A DNA stretch of 64,000 bases from Chiloscyllium plagiosum (lineage: Eukaryota): NCBI RefSeq assembly GCF_004010195.1, contig NC_057758.1, positions 248,784 to 312,783 on the forward strand, written 5' to 3'. A program made the position numbers and the translations under genes. Numbering within the stretch: the first letter of the stretch is position 1; each line of letters starts with the position of its first letter. A model generated the notes under the pieces. The model had not been told where the DNA came from. It worked only from the letters and a program-made list of their open reading frames with translations, and searched no databases. Positions 1 through 13,149 of the stretch are shown piece after piece.

Positions 1-1700
1 TTAGATTCCAGTCTGTATCTCCCTCCCGGGTATCTGTTATTCTATATATAAACCACCCTGAACCCCTTGGTTAGATTCCAGTCTGTATCTCCCTCCCGGG
101 TATCTGTTATTCTGTATATAAACAACGCTTAACCGTTCGATCAGATGCTTGTTTGTAACTGTGGTCACTGTGTGCCCAGCAGCAGAGAGAGTTCTGAGCC
201 ACAATTGAGCATGCTGGGAATTTTAGTCAAGGTATTTAAAACTCTTACCTCGGTTAAAACTGCAGTCAGGACATGTCGGGCCCTTTCCCATAAGCTGTGA
301 TACTCGGTTTCCCGAGTTGTCCAAGTTTGGAATGTGTCATGGCGGTCTGTTGGTCAGACTGGGCCAAAGCTAATACTTATATGGACATTGGTATGTGGCT
401 GTTTTGACATTCGGGAGTTGGTATTGAGGGAAATTCCGTTGGCTGCCGCCCAATAATGGGATCACGGTTCAGGCTTTTCATTGGCTGAGCACCAGAAGTC
501 TTTCCGGAGACTGACAGCACTATGGTACAATGGTCATCAGGAAAAGTCTTTGCAGGAGGTGCCCTCAAGGTGAATATTTGAGAAGCAGCTGGGAAAGGCT
601 TGAATACTCCTTTTGGTAACCCTCCTGGGTATCTGTTATTCTATTTCTAATCCACTCTAAACCCCTCGATTAGATTCCAGTCCATAACTCACTCCCAGGG
701 ACCTGTTATGCTCTACATAATCCACCCTGAACCCCTCGATTAGATTCCAATCTGTAACTCCCTCCCGGGTATCTGTTATTCTGTACATAAACCACCCCGA
801 ATCCCTCGATTAGATTCCAATCTGTAACTCACTCCTGGGTATCTGTTATTCTGTATATAAACCACCCCGAATCCCTCGATTCGATTCCAATCTGTAACTC
901 ACTCCTGGGTATCTGTTATTCTGTATATAAACTACCCCGAATCCCTCGATTAGATTCCAGTCTGTAACTCACTCCCGGGTATCTGTTATTCTGTATATAA
1001 ACCACCCAAATCCCTCGGTTAGATTCCAGTCTGTAACTCCCTCCCGGGTATCTGTTATTCTATATGTAAACCACCCTGAACCCCTCGATTAGATTCAAAT
1101 CTGTGGCTCACTCCTGGGTATCTGTTATTCTATATATTAACCACGCCGAACTCCACGATTAGATTCCAGTCTGTAACTCACTCCTGGGTATCTGTTATTC
1201 TGTATATAAATCACCCTGAACCCCTCGATTAGATTCCAATCTGGAACTCCCTCCCGGGTATCTGTTATTCAGTATATAAACCACCCTGAACCCCTCGATT
1301 AGATTCCAATCTGTAACTCCCTCCCGGGAAGCTGTTATTCAGTATATAAACCACCCCGAACCCCTCGATTAGATTCCAGTCTGTAACTCCCTCCTGGGTA
1401 TCTGTTATTCTGTATATAAACCACCCCGAACCCCTCGATTAGATTCCAGTCTGTAACTCCCTCCCGGGTATCTGTTATTCTGTATATAAACCACCCCGAA
1501 CCCCTCGATTCCAGTCTGTAACTACCTCCCGGGTATCTGTTATTCTGTATATAAACCACCACGAACCCCTCGATTAGATTCCAGTCTGTAACTCCCTCCT
1601 GGGTATCTGTTATTCAGTATATCAACCACCCTGAAACCCTCAATTAGATTCCAGTCTACAATGTACACCCGGATATCTATTATTGTATGTATAAACCATC
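1..1700. repeat. 70-bp tandem array, interrupted at about 160-615
   Basis: Unit TTAGATTCCAGTCTGTAACTCCCTCCCGGGTATCTGTTATTCTGTATATAAACCACCCCGAACCCCTCGA; the TAGATTCC motif (or a 1-nt variant) recurs at 671, 741, 811, 881 and 951. Confidence 0.95.
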
Positions 1701-1981
1701 CCAATTCACTCAATCCTACATATATCCTGGCTGTTAAAACACAGATAGATTGTTAACTTGACCAAACAGAAAGAGGTGCCGGGTACAGTGGCCAAGTAAC
1801 ACCCTGACTGCACAAAACCCGCCCACCAGACACAGGGCAAACACAGCGGCCAGGTGCGGGTGAGATTGGCAGCATGTGAAAGGCAGCAGTTATCCTGGTC
1901 AGACACGCTCCTGGCCTACATACGTCTAAACCATTTTTATTCATGTACTTATCCAAATGTCTTTTAAACATTGTAACTATC

Positions 1982-2745
1982 GAACACACAACATAGAACA
2001 TAGAGCGGAGTACAGGCCCTTCGACCCTCGATGTTGCACCGACCTGTGGAACCAATCTGAAGCCCATCTAACTTACACTATTCCATTCTCGTCCATATAC
2101 CTATCCAGTGACCATTTAAATGCCCTTAAAGTTGACGAATCTAGTACTGTTGCCGGCAGTGCATTCCACACCCCTACTTCTCTCTGACTGAAGAAACTAC
2201 CTCTGACATCTGTCCTGTATCTATCACTCCCTGAAATTTCAAGCTACGTGCCCTCGTGCTTGCCATCACCATCCGAGGAAAAGGCTTTGCACTGTGCACC
2301 CTATCTAACCCTCTGATTATCTCGAATATCTCCATAAAGTCGCCTCTCAACCTTCTTCTCTCTAACGAAACCAGCCTCAGGTCTCTGAGCCGTTCCTCGT
2401 AACGCCTTCCCTCCATAACGGACAACATCCTAGTAAATCTCCTCTGAACCATTCCCAAAGCTCCCATGACCTTCCTATAATGCGGTGACTGGAACTGTTT
2501 GCGATACTCCAAATGCGGCTGAACCAGAGTTTTGTACAGCTGTCGCATGATCTCGCAGTTCTGAAACGCAATCCCTCTACCAATAAAAGCTGACACACCG
2601 AATGCCTTCTTAACAACCCTATCAGCCTGGGCGGCAACTTTCAAGGATCTGTGTACCTGGACGCCGAGATCTCTCTGCCCATCTACACTACCAAGAATCT
2701 TACCATTAGCCCAGTATTCTGCATTCCTGTTACTCCTTGCGAGAG
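1982..2745 (-). mobile_element. CR1-type LINE, 5'-truncated (ORF2 C-terminus and 3' tail)
   Basis: ORF 2174-2761 has QRDLGVQVHRSLK, LYKTLVQPHLEY and VQRRFTRM. An ACATAGAACATAGA tail lies at the left end. It is nested in an older CR1 tail. Confidence 0.9.
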
Positions 2746-4744
2746 TATCTATCACTTCCACGCACGAGCCACCTGTCTTCGTAACACAAATCGCCCCTCA
2801 TGCCTTTTCAAAATCTCTCTCCTCTCACCATAAACACCTTGAAGTCCCACACCTGAGGGAAAAGACATCGACCATTACCCCTTCTTAATCTTGATTCCCT
2901 CAAAACCCGTCCACTTTACTCCCAATGTACCCAACTTCCTTGCCATTCGTTGCAAATGTCCAGAATCCCAAAGGACCCAAACCCCAAGGCTCATTCAACC
3001 CCAATCTACACATTCCAAATGGACCTTAAACCTGCTTCCTATGCAATCCTGCTGCACACAACCCAATGGACCCAAACCCCTTCCCATTCATTCTCACACT
3101 ACTCAATGTTAATTGACCCAAACCTCCTCCCATTTTATCCCACTCTATACGGCTCTAATAGACACGCAATTCTTCCCATTCACTGTCACTCTACAGCATC
3201 GCAAACAACGCAATGCCTTTGTAATTCACTCCACCACTTCATAAATGCGACATCTTCGACACTCCTTCCCGTTCACTCCCACTCTACGCAATCCCAATGG
3301 AACCCAAACCCCTTCCCGTTCACTCCAAATTGGCACAGTCCCAAAGGACTCCCATCCCATTCTGTTCACTCGCACTCAACACAAGCCCAATTGTCCCAGA
3401 CTAGTTCCTATTCACTCTAACTCTGCACCATCCCATTGGACGCCAAACTCATTCTGTTCACTCCCACTCGACAATCCCAAACCCCTTCCTGATCACTCCC
3501 ATTCTACACTATCCCAAAGGGAAACCAAACTCCTTCCTATTCAGTCCCACTTTGCACTATCCCACTGGACACCAAATCCACTCCTGTTCACACTCATTCT
3601 CAAAAATTACAATGGGCCCCAACCCTTTCCCGTTCACTTCCACTTGGCAGAATCCCAATCGACACCAAACTCCATCCCATTCACTCCCTCTCCACAAATT
3701 CCCAATGGTCGCAAGCACCTTCCCGTTCCCTCCTACTCTAGGCAATCCCAGTGGACACCAAACCCCTTGACGTACACTCTCATTCTATGCAATCCCAAAT
3801 GGACCCCAACCCTTTCCCATTCACTCCTAAACTGCAGTATCTCAATGGACACGAAACCCTTTCCCATTCACTTCCACTCTGCACAATCCCAATGGGCCCA
3901 AACTCCTTCCTCTTCACTCCCACTCTACATAATCCCAATGGCCCCAAACTCCGTCTCATTCACTCCCACTCTGCACCATCCCAATGCATGCAAACCTCTT
4001 CCTCTTCACTCACACAATGCACAATCCCAGTGGACCCAAACTACTTCCCGATCACTCCCCCACTGCACAATCCCAAAGGACCCAAACCCCTTCCAGATCA
4101 CTCTCACACTGTACAATCAAAATGGTCCCAAAATCCTTCCCATTCACTCCTGCTCTGCACAATCCCAATGGACCCAAACCCCTTCCCATTCACTCCCACT
4201 CTGCACAATCCCAATTGACCCAAATCCCTTCCAGTTTACTCCTACTCTGCAAAATCCCAATGGACCCAAACCCCTTCCCATTCACTCCCACTCTGCACAA
4301 TCCTAATTGACCCAAATCCCTTCCAGTTCACTCCCACTCTGCACAATCCCAAAGGACACAAACCCTTTCCTATTCACTCCCACTCTGCATTATGCCAATG
4401 GACCCAAACATCTTCCCACTCTGCACAATCCCAATGGACCCAAATCCCGTTGTTACGAACAGGGTAGGGCCGTGTGCCTCTGATAATTAAACAAAAACAC
4501 CAGCCCCAACCTGTTAAAGCAGGAGTCCAGGTTCCCTTCTAAAAACTAAACCTGAAACACCCAGAAAAGCTCGCCCGACCCATTGTCATCTGTTGTAAAT
4601 GTGGTTATATGCAAGGAATCCCTGATACTCCCTTTATTGATACCAAGTCAAAATTTATCTATCTAACTCCAACAGGGAACACATTAACAGAACCTCTAAA
4701 AATCGAGCAATGTCTCTCTAACTGCCCATTCCTGAATAAAACAA

Positions 4745-5782
4745 GCCATAAGCAGATCCAGGCAGCCCGCAGTGGAGGGGGTCTCGATGGCCAATTGCCT
4801 GCCCCTCTTCTGTGGTTCTGTCAATGCCCGGGTGCCTACCAACTCTCTCGAAGGTTTCAGGGAGAGGTGGGCACCGCAGGGAGTGGAGTGTTTTATTTCC
4901 CCCTCCAACTCTATTTTGATGTAATCCCTTGCCCGCCCCTTCCCCTTTTTTGATCATCATGCAGCATTGCCCTTTGATGTGCGGGGCACTGCTTGTCACT
5001 GGCCACTCGGTTGTTTCCTTTCTTCCTGGTGATGGGAAATGAATAAAAAAGGATATTGCCTGAGCTGGAGAGTTGGCTGTACAGGACATTGGTTAGGCCA
5101 CTGTTGGGACATTGAGAGTAATTCTGGTCTCCGTCCTATCGGAAGGATGTTGTGAAACCTGAAAGGGTTCAGAAAAGATTTACAAGGATGTTGCCAGGGT
5201 TGGAGGGTTTGAGCTACAGGGAGAGGCTGGGGCTGTTTTCCCTGGAGCGTCGGAGGCTGAGGGGGTGACCTTACAGAGGTTTATAAAATCATGAGGGGGC
5301 ATGGATAGGGTAAACAGACAAAGTCTTTTCCCTGGGGTCGGGAAGTCCAGAACTAGAGGGCATAGGTTTAGGGTGAGAGGAGAAAGATATAAAAAAAGAC
5401 CTAAGGTGCAACGTTTTTTTACAGAGAGCGTTGCTTGTGTGGAATGAGCGGAAGGAGGAAGTGGTGGATACAACTGCAACATTTAAAGGCATCTGGATGG
5501 GTATATGAATAGGAAGGGTTTGGAGGGATATGGGCCGGGTGCTGGCAGGTGGGACTAGATTGGGTTAGGATATCTGGCCGGCATGGACGAGTTAGACCGA
5601 AGGGTCTGCTTCCGTGCTGTACATCTCTATAACTCTATTTATACATCTGTTGTCTTTCACTGTGTCTCACACCTGCATGCACACATCATGGGTGCTGGGG
5701 GGGGGGGGGGGGTGGGGGAGGTGGGAATAAGCACTACCGCAGTTAGGCAGTAGTGCAGGGGAGAAACAGCGAAAAAAATAAA
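4745..5782 (+). mobile_element. Tx1/L1-type LINE 3' end (ORF2 C-terminus, 3' UTR, A-rich tail)
   Basis: Reads AISRSRQ..VEGVSMANCLPLFCGSVNARV..TNSLEGFRERWAPQG VECFISPSNSILM*, resembling Tx1 ORF2 C-termini, and ends in an A-rich tail. Confidence 0.6.
5051..5638 (+). mobile_element. CR1-type LINE 3' fragment nested in the Tx1 3' UTR
   Basis: LYRTLVRPLL, ERVQKRFTRMLPG and ERRRLRG motifs followed by the CR1 tail. Confidence 0.9.
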
Positions 5783-6273
5783 TAACCAGAAGATTTTAAA
5801 GTCTCCTCAGTTTAGGGGACTGACTCAGTGCTGGCTGCTGTTGGTTTCTACTAACAAAAGAAAAAAAAAGATTTTAATAGAATGCTTTTCGAATAAACAC
5901 AACTCCCACTTGTAAAGCAACACAATATATCAAAACGTAATCTCTCAATGGTGACATTAGATGTGTCTTCCGAAATGTTCTTCTGACCTGTCCAGCCTTT
6001 CCCCTCTCTCTCTCCTGCTGTCAGTGATGTTTCTCCGGAATTTCTCCTGTTGTGAACGCCTCTCTCTCTGCCGAATGCTGATATCTGGAATGTTAGCTGA
6101 ACGTGCTGTGGTCGTGTTAATGGATGGGTGGGTGGATGGTGCTTTCATCTCTGAGATCGTAGAGATTTCTTGTGAGAGCGACATGATTATTTCTCTTCAG
6201 ATGGCAATTGGCGCTCCCCCGATATTCAAAAAAAAAATCCCTTGGTTATTTAACCCCTGTCACGCCTTAATGT

Positions 6274-6867
6274 TAGCGAGTTTTGAGAAGATTTGTAGCA
6301 CGGTTGAGGTTCTGGATGTAGGTTTGCTCGCTGAGTTGGAAGGTTCATTTCCAGACGTTTCGTCACCCTACTAGGTAACATCGTCACTGGGCCTCTGGGT
6401 GAAGCAATGCTGATGGTTTCTGCTTTCCACTTATATGTTTGGGTTTCTTTGGGTTGGTTACTAGCCACCAGGATACATGAACATCAACTCGCCACAAACG
6501 ACGTGACCCTCTCTCACTAGTATCCTTACATACAGATAAGGAATGACACCATTTCGGCTGGGACAGCACAACCCTACTGGGACAAGCCGAATAGGGACAT
6601 GCGCGAGAATTCCTAGAAGCATAGCATTCCAACCAGAATTCTATCAACAAACACATGGAGTGAGACACCACCTACCACCCCCTGAGAAAAAGAACGGGAA
6701 ATGACATCACCACAGGAAATGACATCACCAACCCTAAGAAACGCAAACATAAGCCGAAGTCATCAGCATTGCTTTGCCTGGAGGCCCACTGAAGATGTTA
6801 CCTAGTACGGTGACGAAACGTCTGGAAAGGAACCTTCCAGCTCAGCGAGCAAACCTACATCCACACA
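6274..6867 (+). mobile_element. Penelope-like element: GIY-YIG C-terminus with inverted pLTR
   Basis: IHEHQLATKR..PLSLVSLHTDKE..AREFLEA motif; the left end is an inverted copy of the right end; TSD TTAATGT (6267-6273 and 6868-6874). Confidence 0.8.
6786..6825 (+). ncRNA. Minimal hammerhead ribozyme motif (Penelope pLTR)
   Basis: CCA-CTGAAGA-TGTTACC tagtac GGTGAC-GAAAC-GTC-TGG: CUGANGA and GAAA cores, helix II, helix I CCA/TGG and a GUC site. Confidence 0.7.
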
Positions 6868-7464
6868 TTAATGTCTTCACAATCCGATTGGGACTGAGTT
6901 GTCCAAACAGCCAAATTTAACTTCAATTGGCTTCATCTCCAAGTGCCATTTTCAAATGAATTGGCTGAAGTTATAACTGTTGGCTGGTAAAAATGCTGCT
7001 TGGCTGTTTGATACAAAATATTTCAAATCGGGCAGCTGCAAACTGCTGCCCACACACATTCATCTTTTTTTAAAAACTCCAAGTTCAGAAAAACACTTCA
7101 TCTCTTAAAGGGACCACGCACTGCTTTTCAAAGCGTGAGTATTCTGCACAACCTCGCAACACCTTCCCGTTCACTCCTACTCTACAATGGACCCAAACCC
7201 CTTCCGATACACTCCAACTCTGCACAACCACAATGGAGACAAGTCCTGACCATTCATGCCAACTCATCTGAATGTCAAAGGAGCTAAATCCTGCCACGTT
7301 GACTCCCATTTATCACAATACAGATGTGCCCAAAAGCCTTCACCTTCACTCCCACGCTGCACAATCCTAAGGGATTCCAACCTGCATGCGTTTACTCCCA
7401 TCTGCGCCATCCCAACTGACATCAACCCCTTACAATTCACTCCCAGTCTAGACATCCCAGTAAG

Positions 7465-7672
7465 TTCTTTACTCAGCGAGTCGTGAGTTCATGGAATGCC
7501 CTGCCAGTAGCAGTGGTGGACTGTCCCTCATTATGAGCATTGAAGTGGGCATTGGATAGGCATATGGAGGATAGTGGGCTAGTGTAGGTTAGATGGGCTT
7601 GGATCGGCGCAACATTGAGGGCCGAAGGGCCTGTACTGCGCTGTATTCTTCTATGTTCTATGTTCTATGTTC
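7465..7672 (+). mobile_element. CR1-type LINE 3' end
   Basis: FFTQRVVSSWNALP and a (TTCTATG)n tail; matches the subfamily at 33.4-36.3 kb. Confidence 0.85.
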
Positions 7673-8129
7673 TAGAACCACACCCCTACCCATTCACCCT
7701 CCCTGTAAACAATCCCAAAACACCTCAACCCCTTCAAGTCCTCATCCATTCTACGTAATCCCAATTGACCCAAACCCATTCTCACTCACTCCCCCTCTAC
7801 ACATTCCCAATGGACCCAAAGCCCTTCCCGTTCACACCCACTCTACATAATCCTTATGGACCCAAACAACTTCCCTTTCAATCCCGCTCAACTCAATCCC
7901 AATGGACGTACACCGCTTCCCGTTCAGTTCCACTCTACACCATCCCAGTCGACACAGTCACAATGGACTCCAACCCCCTAATGTTCACAGCAACTTGCAC
8001 ACAATCCTACTGGAAACTAACCCCTTCCCGTTGGCTCCTACGCTGCACATTCTGGAAGGACTCAAATCCCTTCCCATTCCCTCCCACTCTCCACAATCCC
8101 GATGTACACAAATCCATTCCATTCGCAGG

Positions 8130-9280
8130 CAGAGGGTCGTACTGCACGGTAACAGACCCTTCAGTGCAACCCGTCCCTGCCAACCAAGTTTTCCAAACTG
8201 AATTAATCCTACCTCCTGCATATGGCCTTTATTCTTCTAAATCCTTGCTCTTTGTGCATCTGCCCAATTGTCTTTTCAATGTTTTAACCGCATCCAGTTA
8301 AATCTGACACTTCCTCTGGCATGCAACAACCCCAGTTTGAAAATTCACTTCTATTCATGCTCCACCATATGCGTAAAAACGTCACCCCACTGGTCATAGA
8401 GTCATCGAGATGTACAGCACGGAAACAGACCCTTTGATCCATGCCGACCAGATATCCCAACCCAATCTCGTCCTACCTGCCAGCACCCGGCCCATATCCC
8501 TCCAAACCCTTCCTATTCATATACCCATCCAAATGCCTCTTAAACGTTGCAATTGTACCAGCCTCCACCACATCCTCTGGCAGCTCATTCCACATACGTA
8601 CCATCCTCTGCGTGAAAACGTTGCCCCTTAGGTCTCTTTTATATCTTTCCTCTCTCACTCTAAACCTATGCCCTCGAGTTCTGGACACCCCCACCCCAGG
8701 GGAAAGACTTTGTCTATTTATCCTATCCATGCCCCTCATAATTTTGTAAACCTCTATAAGGTCACCCCCTCAGCCTCCGACACTCCAGGGAAAACAGCCC
8801 CAGCCTGTTCAGCCCCTCCCTATAGTTCAAATCCTCCAACCCTGTCAACATCCTTGTAAATCTTTTCTGAGCCCTTTCAAGTTTCACAACATCTTTCCGA
8901 TAGGAAGGAGACCAGAATTGCACGCAATATTCCAACAGTGGCCTAACCAATGTCCTGTACACCCACAACATAACCTCCCAACCCCTGTACTCAATACTCT
9001 GACCAATAAAGGAAAGCATACTAAACGCCACCTTCACTATCCTATCCACCTGCGACTCCACTTCCAAGGAGCTATGAACCTGCACTCCAAGGTCTCTTTG
9101 TTCAGCAACACTCCCCAGGACCTTACCATTAAGTGTCCCTTTTCAACCTCTCCCCTCTCACTTTAAACCTATCACCTCCAGTTTTAGACTAACTCAGCTC
9201 TGTGAAAAAAGACCTTAGCTATTCACCCTATCCATGTCTCTCCTGACATTATAAACTACTGCAAGGTCGCGCCTCAGCTT
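8130..9280 (-). mobile_element. Nested CR1-type LINE fragments (younger copy about 8395-9135 inside an older copy)
   Basis: ORFs 8473-8739 and 8762-9085 contain YRTLVRPLLEYCVQFWSP and FTQRMVRMWNELP. Confidence 0.85.
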
Positions 9281-9573
9281 CATACCCGATCCCAAATGAA
9301 CCAACCGATTTCCCGCTCATCCCAACCCCACGCAATCCCAATTAATCCAAATACATTCGCATTAACTCCTGCTCTACAGAGGCCCAGTGGAGTCAAACCA
9401 TTTCCCACTCACTCCCACTCTATAGAAAGCCAATCGAAACCTTTCCATTCACTCCATACAGCTATGGAGTCACACAGCACGTAAACAGACCCTTCGACCG
9501 AACATAATCCCAAACCAAACTAATCCTTCCTGCCTGCACTTAGCCCATATCCCTCCAAACATTTCTTCTTTAT

Positions 9574-10180
9574 TGTGGTTCTGTTCGCCGAGCTGGGAAT
9601 TTGTGTTGCAGACGTTTCGTCCCCTGTCCAGGTGACATCCTCTGGGAGCCTCCTCTGAAGCGCTTCGTCCGGCAACTCATGTCAAGAAACTCATGTTGCT
9701 TGTCATCTGCGTGTGTGGCTACTAGGGATAGCTGGTCGTGTCGTTTCGTGGCTAGTTGGTGTTCATGGATGCGGATCGTTAGCTGTCTTCCTTAGCTATC
9801 CTTAGTAGCCACACACGTGGATGACAAGCAACATGAGTTCGACTGGGACAACACTACTATTATAGGACAACCCAACAGAGAACAGCCAGGGAATTCCTGG
9901 AGGTATGGCACTCATCCACAGATTCAATCAATAAGCACATCGACCTGGACCCAATATACCGGCCACTAAAGCGGACAGCTGGAACTGACAACTGGAAGCG
10001 GCAGGGACAGGCCACTATAAATTCCGGAGGAAACACCACAGAAGCGCTTCACAGGAGGCTCCCAAGCACTGAGGATGTCACCTAGACAGGGGACGAAACG
10101 TTTGCAACACAAATTCCCAGCCCGGCGAACAGAACCACAGCAACGAGCACCCGAGCTACAAATCTTCTCCCAAACTTTGA
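9574..10180 (+). mobile_element. Penelope-like element with 5' inversion, inside a CR1 tail
   Basis: HEFDWDNTTIIGQ..AREFLEVWHS..INKHIDLDPIY motif; inverted pLTR at the left; 13-bp TSD ATTTCTTCTTTAT (9561-9573 and 10181-10193). Confidence 0.85.
10066..10105 (+). ncRNA. Minimal hammerhead ribozyme motif
   Basis: GCA-CTGAGGA-TGTCACC tagaca GGGGAC-GAAAC-GTT-TGC. Confidence 0.6.
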
Positions 10181-10664
10181 ATTTCTTCTTTATGGACGGA
10201 GCCAATGTCTTTCGAATTCTGTCCACATCCGCCACTTCCTCGGGAAGTTCATCCCACACTCGAAACCCCGTCTGTTCAAAAGAAATGTTGTCCCTCATAT
10301 ATTTTTTTAGAATCTCTCCCCTCACCCTCCTGTCCCTCAGTGCAATTCCCCATCCTAGGGGGAAAAGAAACACCTCACCTTAAACTTCAACTTGATTCAC
10401 TCAAAACCCTTTCACTTTATTCCCAGTGGAACTAAGCTCTTGCCCATTCATTGCCCCTTTGGGACTCTACACAATTCCCGTTCAATCCTAATCTGCACAT
10501 TCCAAATGGACACTAAACCTGCTTCGTATTGAGTCCCATTGACACAACTGAATGAATTCATGCACCTTCCCATTCATTCCCACAATGCCAATTGAACCAC
10601 TTCTCCCACTCTACAGAGTGCCAATGGACACACAACCTTTCCCAGGCACAGTTGCTCCAGAAGA

Positions 10665-10920
10665 TGGCGGCACGGTGGCACAGTGGTTAACACTGCTGCC
10701 TCACAGCGCCAGAGACCCGGGTTCAATTCCCGACTCAGGCGACTGACTGTGTGGAGTTTGCACGTTCTCCCCGTGTCTGCGTGGGTTNNNNNNNNNNNNN
10801 NNNNNNNNNNNNNNNNNNNNNNNNNNNNNNNNNNNNNNNNGGGTGGGTTACGCCCCGACCGGGTCGGTGTGGACGTGTTGGGCCGAAGGGCCTGTTTCCA
10901 CACTGTGATGTATTCTAAAA
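10665..10920 (+). mobile_element. HE1/V-SINE-type tRNA-derived SINE (contains an N gap)
   Basis: A box TGGCACAGTGG, B box GGTTCAATTCC and a CR1-like tail. Confidence 0.9.
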
Positions 10921-11659
10921 AAAAATCTCAAAGGACCCGAGCCTTTCTCATCCACTCACTGCACTACGTCATCGCGACTCATTCAAATACCTTCCCAACC
11001 TGACACAATCCCAATAGCAACAAACATTTGCCCGTTCACTCCCAATCTGCCCCATCCCATTGGACACAAAAGCTCAACCATTCACTCGACTCCCAAAGGA
11101 AACAAACTCTGTCCTATTCATTCCCACTCTTGACAATCCCAATGGACACAAATCACTTCCTTTTCCCACCCGCTCTATACTTTCCCCAATGGACCCAAAC
11201 CCCTTCCCATTCACTCCCACACTTCACAATCCCAGTAAATGCTGAACTCTTCCCTTGCGATCCCATCTTGCACAATCCCAAATTACACAATACCTTCCCA
11301 GCCAATTCCATTTCACACACTATTAGTGGGCACGAAATCCAGCCCCCTCACTTTCAATCTACAAACTTTCAAAAACTCTTCCTATTTATTTCACTCTTTC
11401 AAGTCCCAATAAATCCAAACCCCCTCCCGACCACTCCTATTCTTCGGACTTAAGCCATTCTGGAATCTACACTATATAGCTGTCCTTCTTCCCAAACTAA
11501 GCTATTCCAAAACAATTCTGAATTAGTGGTAGATCAGAAAATGAAACAAGCTTCGCTGACATGCAGATAGCCTCGTTTAATTACAATATTTATGGTGAGC
11601 TGCATAGTTTAAAGAACCATTTGTAGATGACATTTAAAGTTTAAACAGTGAAGTTTTGA

Positions 11660-11946
11660 CGCATGGTGGCTCAGTGGTTAGCACTGCTGCCTCGCATCAC
11701 CAGGGTCCCAGGTTCGATTCCAGCCTTGGGTGACTGTCTGTGTGGAGTTTGCACTTTCTCCCCATGTCTGTGGGGGTTTTCTCCAACAGTCCAAAGGTGT
11801 GCAGGTTAGGTAAATTGGACATGCTACATTGCCATAATGTTAGGTGCATTAGTCAGAGGGAAATGGGTTGGGGTGGGTTACTCTTTGGAGGGCTGGTTGG
11901 GCTGAAGGGCCTGTTTCCACACTGTAGGGAATTTAATCTAATCTAA
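11660..11946 (+). mobile_element. HE1/V-SINE-type SINE
   Basis: TGGCTCAGTGG, GGTTCGATTCC and a (TAATC)n tail. Confidence 0.88.
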
Positions 11947-12929
11947 TCCCAATGGTCCCAAAACACTTCCCATTCACTTGCTCTTAATGCGATCGCAATG
12001 GACCCAAACCCCTTCCCGTTCACTCCCACCCTGCACAATCCCAATAGGTCTTCCCGTTCACTCCCACCCTGCACAATCCCAATAGGTCCCAACCCCTTCC
12101 CGTTCACTCCCACCTTACACAATCCCAAAGGGTCCCAACCCCTTCCAGTTCACTCCCACTTTACGCAATCCCAATGGACTGTTCACATCCACTCTACACA
12201 ATCCCAGAGACCCCCAACCCCTTCCCATTCTCTCCCACTCTCCACAATTCCAATGGGCCTAACCCCCTTCCCATTCTCTCCCGCACTGCATGATTCCAAT
12301 CGACACAAATCCCGCCCAGTTCACTCGCACTCTACACAATCCCATTGGAACCAGATCCCTTCCCATTGACTCCAAGAATTCGCAATCCCAATGAGTGCCA
12401 TTCACTTCCTATGTACTCCCACTCTTCACAATCCAAATGGGGTATGAAACCTAATTGGTCACTGTCCCCACAATCTTCACGGACATAAATAACTCCCATT
12501 TGCCACTCTATATCACCCTGAAGGACGCTAAAACCCTTGCCCCTTTAATCCAACTCTTCATGTTCATTCCACTCTATTCAATCCAATAACAACTGTAAAA
12601 TGCCTTGAAATTCTATAAAGCTATCTTTACTTTTTTTAAAAAAAAAGTACGTACGCAGGGCAATCATGGTTAATTACTGTTGTTGATATATGTTTGCTAT
12701 ACTAGCAGATTTCTGATCTGATATGGTAAGAAACAATGTGGTGTAAGTTCACCCCTTTTTCTAAAAACTTTGAAAATCAAATAAGTCCATCCATCTCCGT
12801 TTTAATGTTAAGTCTGATAGGGTCGTGGAAATCTGTGCATAAATCCATAAGGAAGCCTGAATTACATTTGAGACAGTGCTAATGAGAATCTCATAAACCT
12901 TATCAGGTCTTAACAACCCCTAGCTCTTC

Positions 12930-13130
12930 CACTGCGGTGGTTCAGTGGTTAGCACTGCTGCCTCAGAGCGCCAGGGACCCAGGTTCGACCCCAGCCTCGG
13001 GTGACTGTCTGTGTTGGTTTCCTCCCACACTCCAAAGGTGTGCAAATTAGGCCCATGGTGATAGGTGCACCAGTAGGTAAGTGGGTTAATCTTTGGAGGG
13101 TGGGGTGTGGACTTGTAGGGAATCAATTTG
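12930..13130 (+). mobile_element. Degraded HE1/V-SINE-type SINE
   Basis: tRNA-like head with internal deletions. Confidence 0.75.
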
Positions 13131-13149
13131 AATTATGGAAAGCTCACAA

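Larger units (their letters stand above)
4451..7161 (-). mobile_element. Solo LTR with nested Tx1, CR1 and Penelope insertions
   Basis: Termini TGTTACGA...TCGCAACA with an imperfect 4-bp TSD (CCGT/CCTT); the satellite unit resumes in register after it. On the minus strand there are CCAAT boxes at about 6885-6965, a TATA-like GGGGTTAAATAACC at about 6244-6257 and AATAAA at about 4633. Confidence 0.7.

Noticed and set aside
620..1700. CRISPR-like regular repeat and the repeated ORF 1335-1562
   Set aside because: There are no unique spacers; it is a head-to-tail satellite in eukaryotic DNA.
1760..1900. GC box and donor-like CAG|GTGCGG or GG|GTGAGA (possible first exon)
   Set aside because: Only short motifs are present, and no downstream exon can be tied to them.
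3245..4306. 353-aa and other long P/H/S/T-rich ORFs in the satellite (also 19581-20474 and 27935-28507)
   Set aside because: The 46-bp unit has no plus-strand stop, so all three frames give the same rotating peptide; this is a repeat artefact.
10665..10740. tRNA gene (A and B boxes), here and at other SINE heads
   Set aside because: Each continues into the SINE body and tail; these are SINE heads, not standalone tRNA genes.
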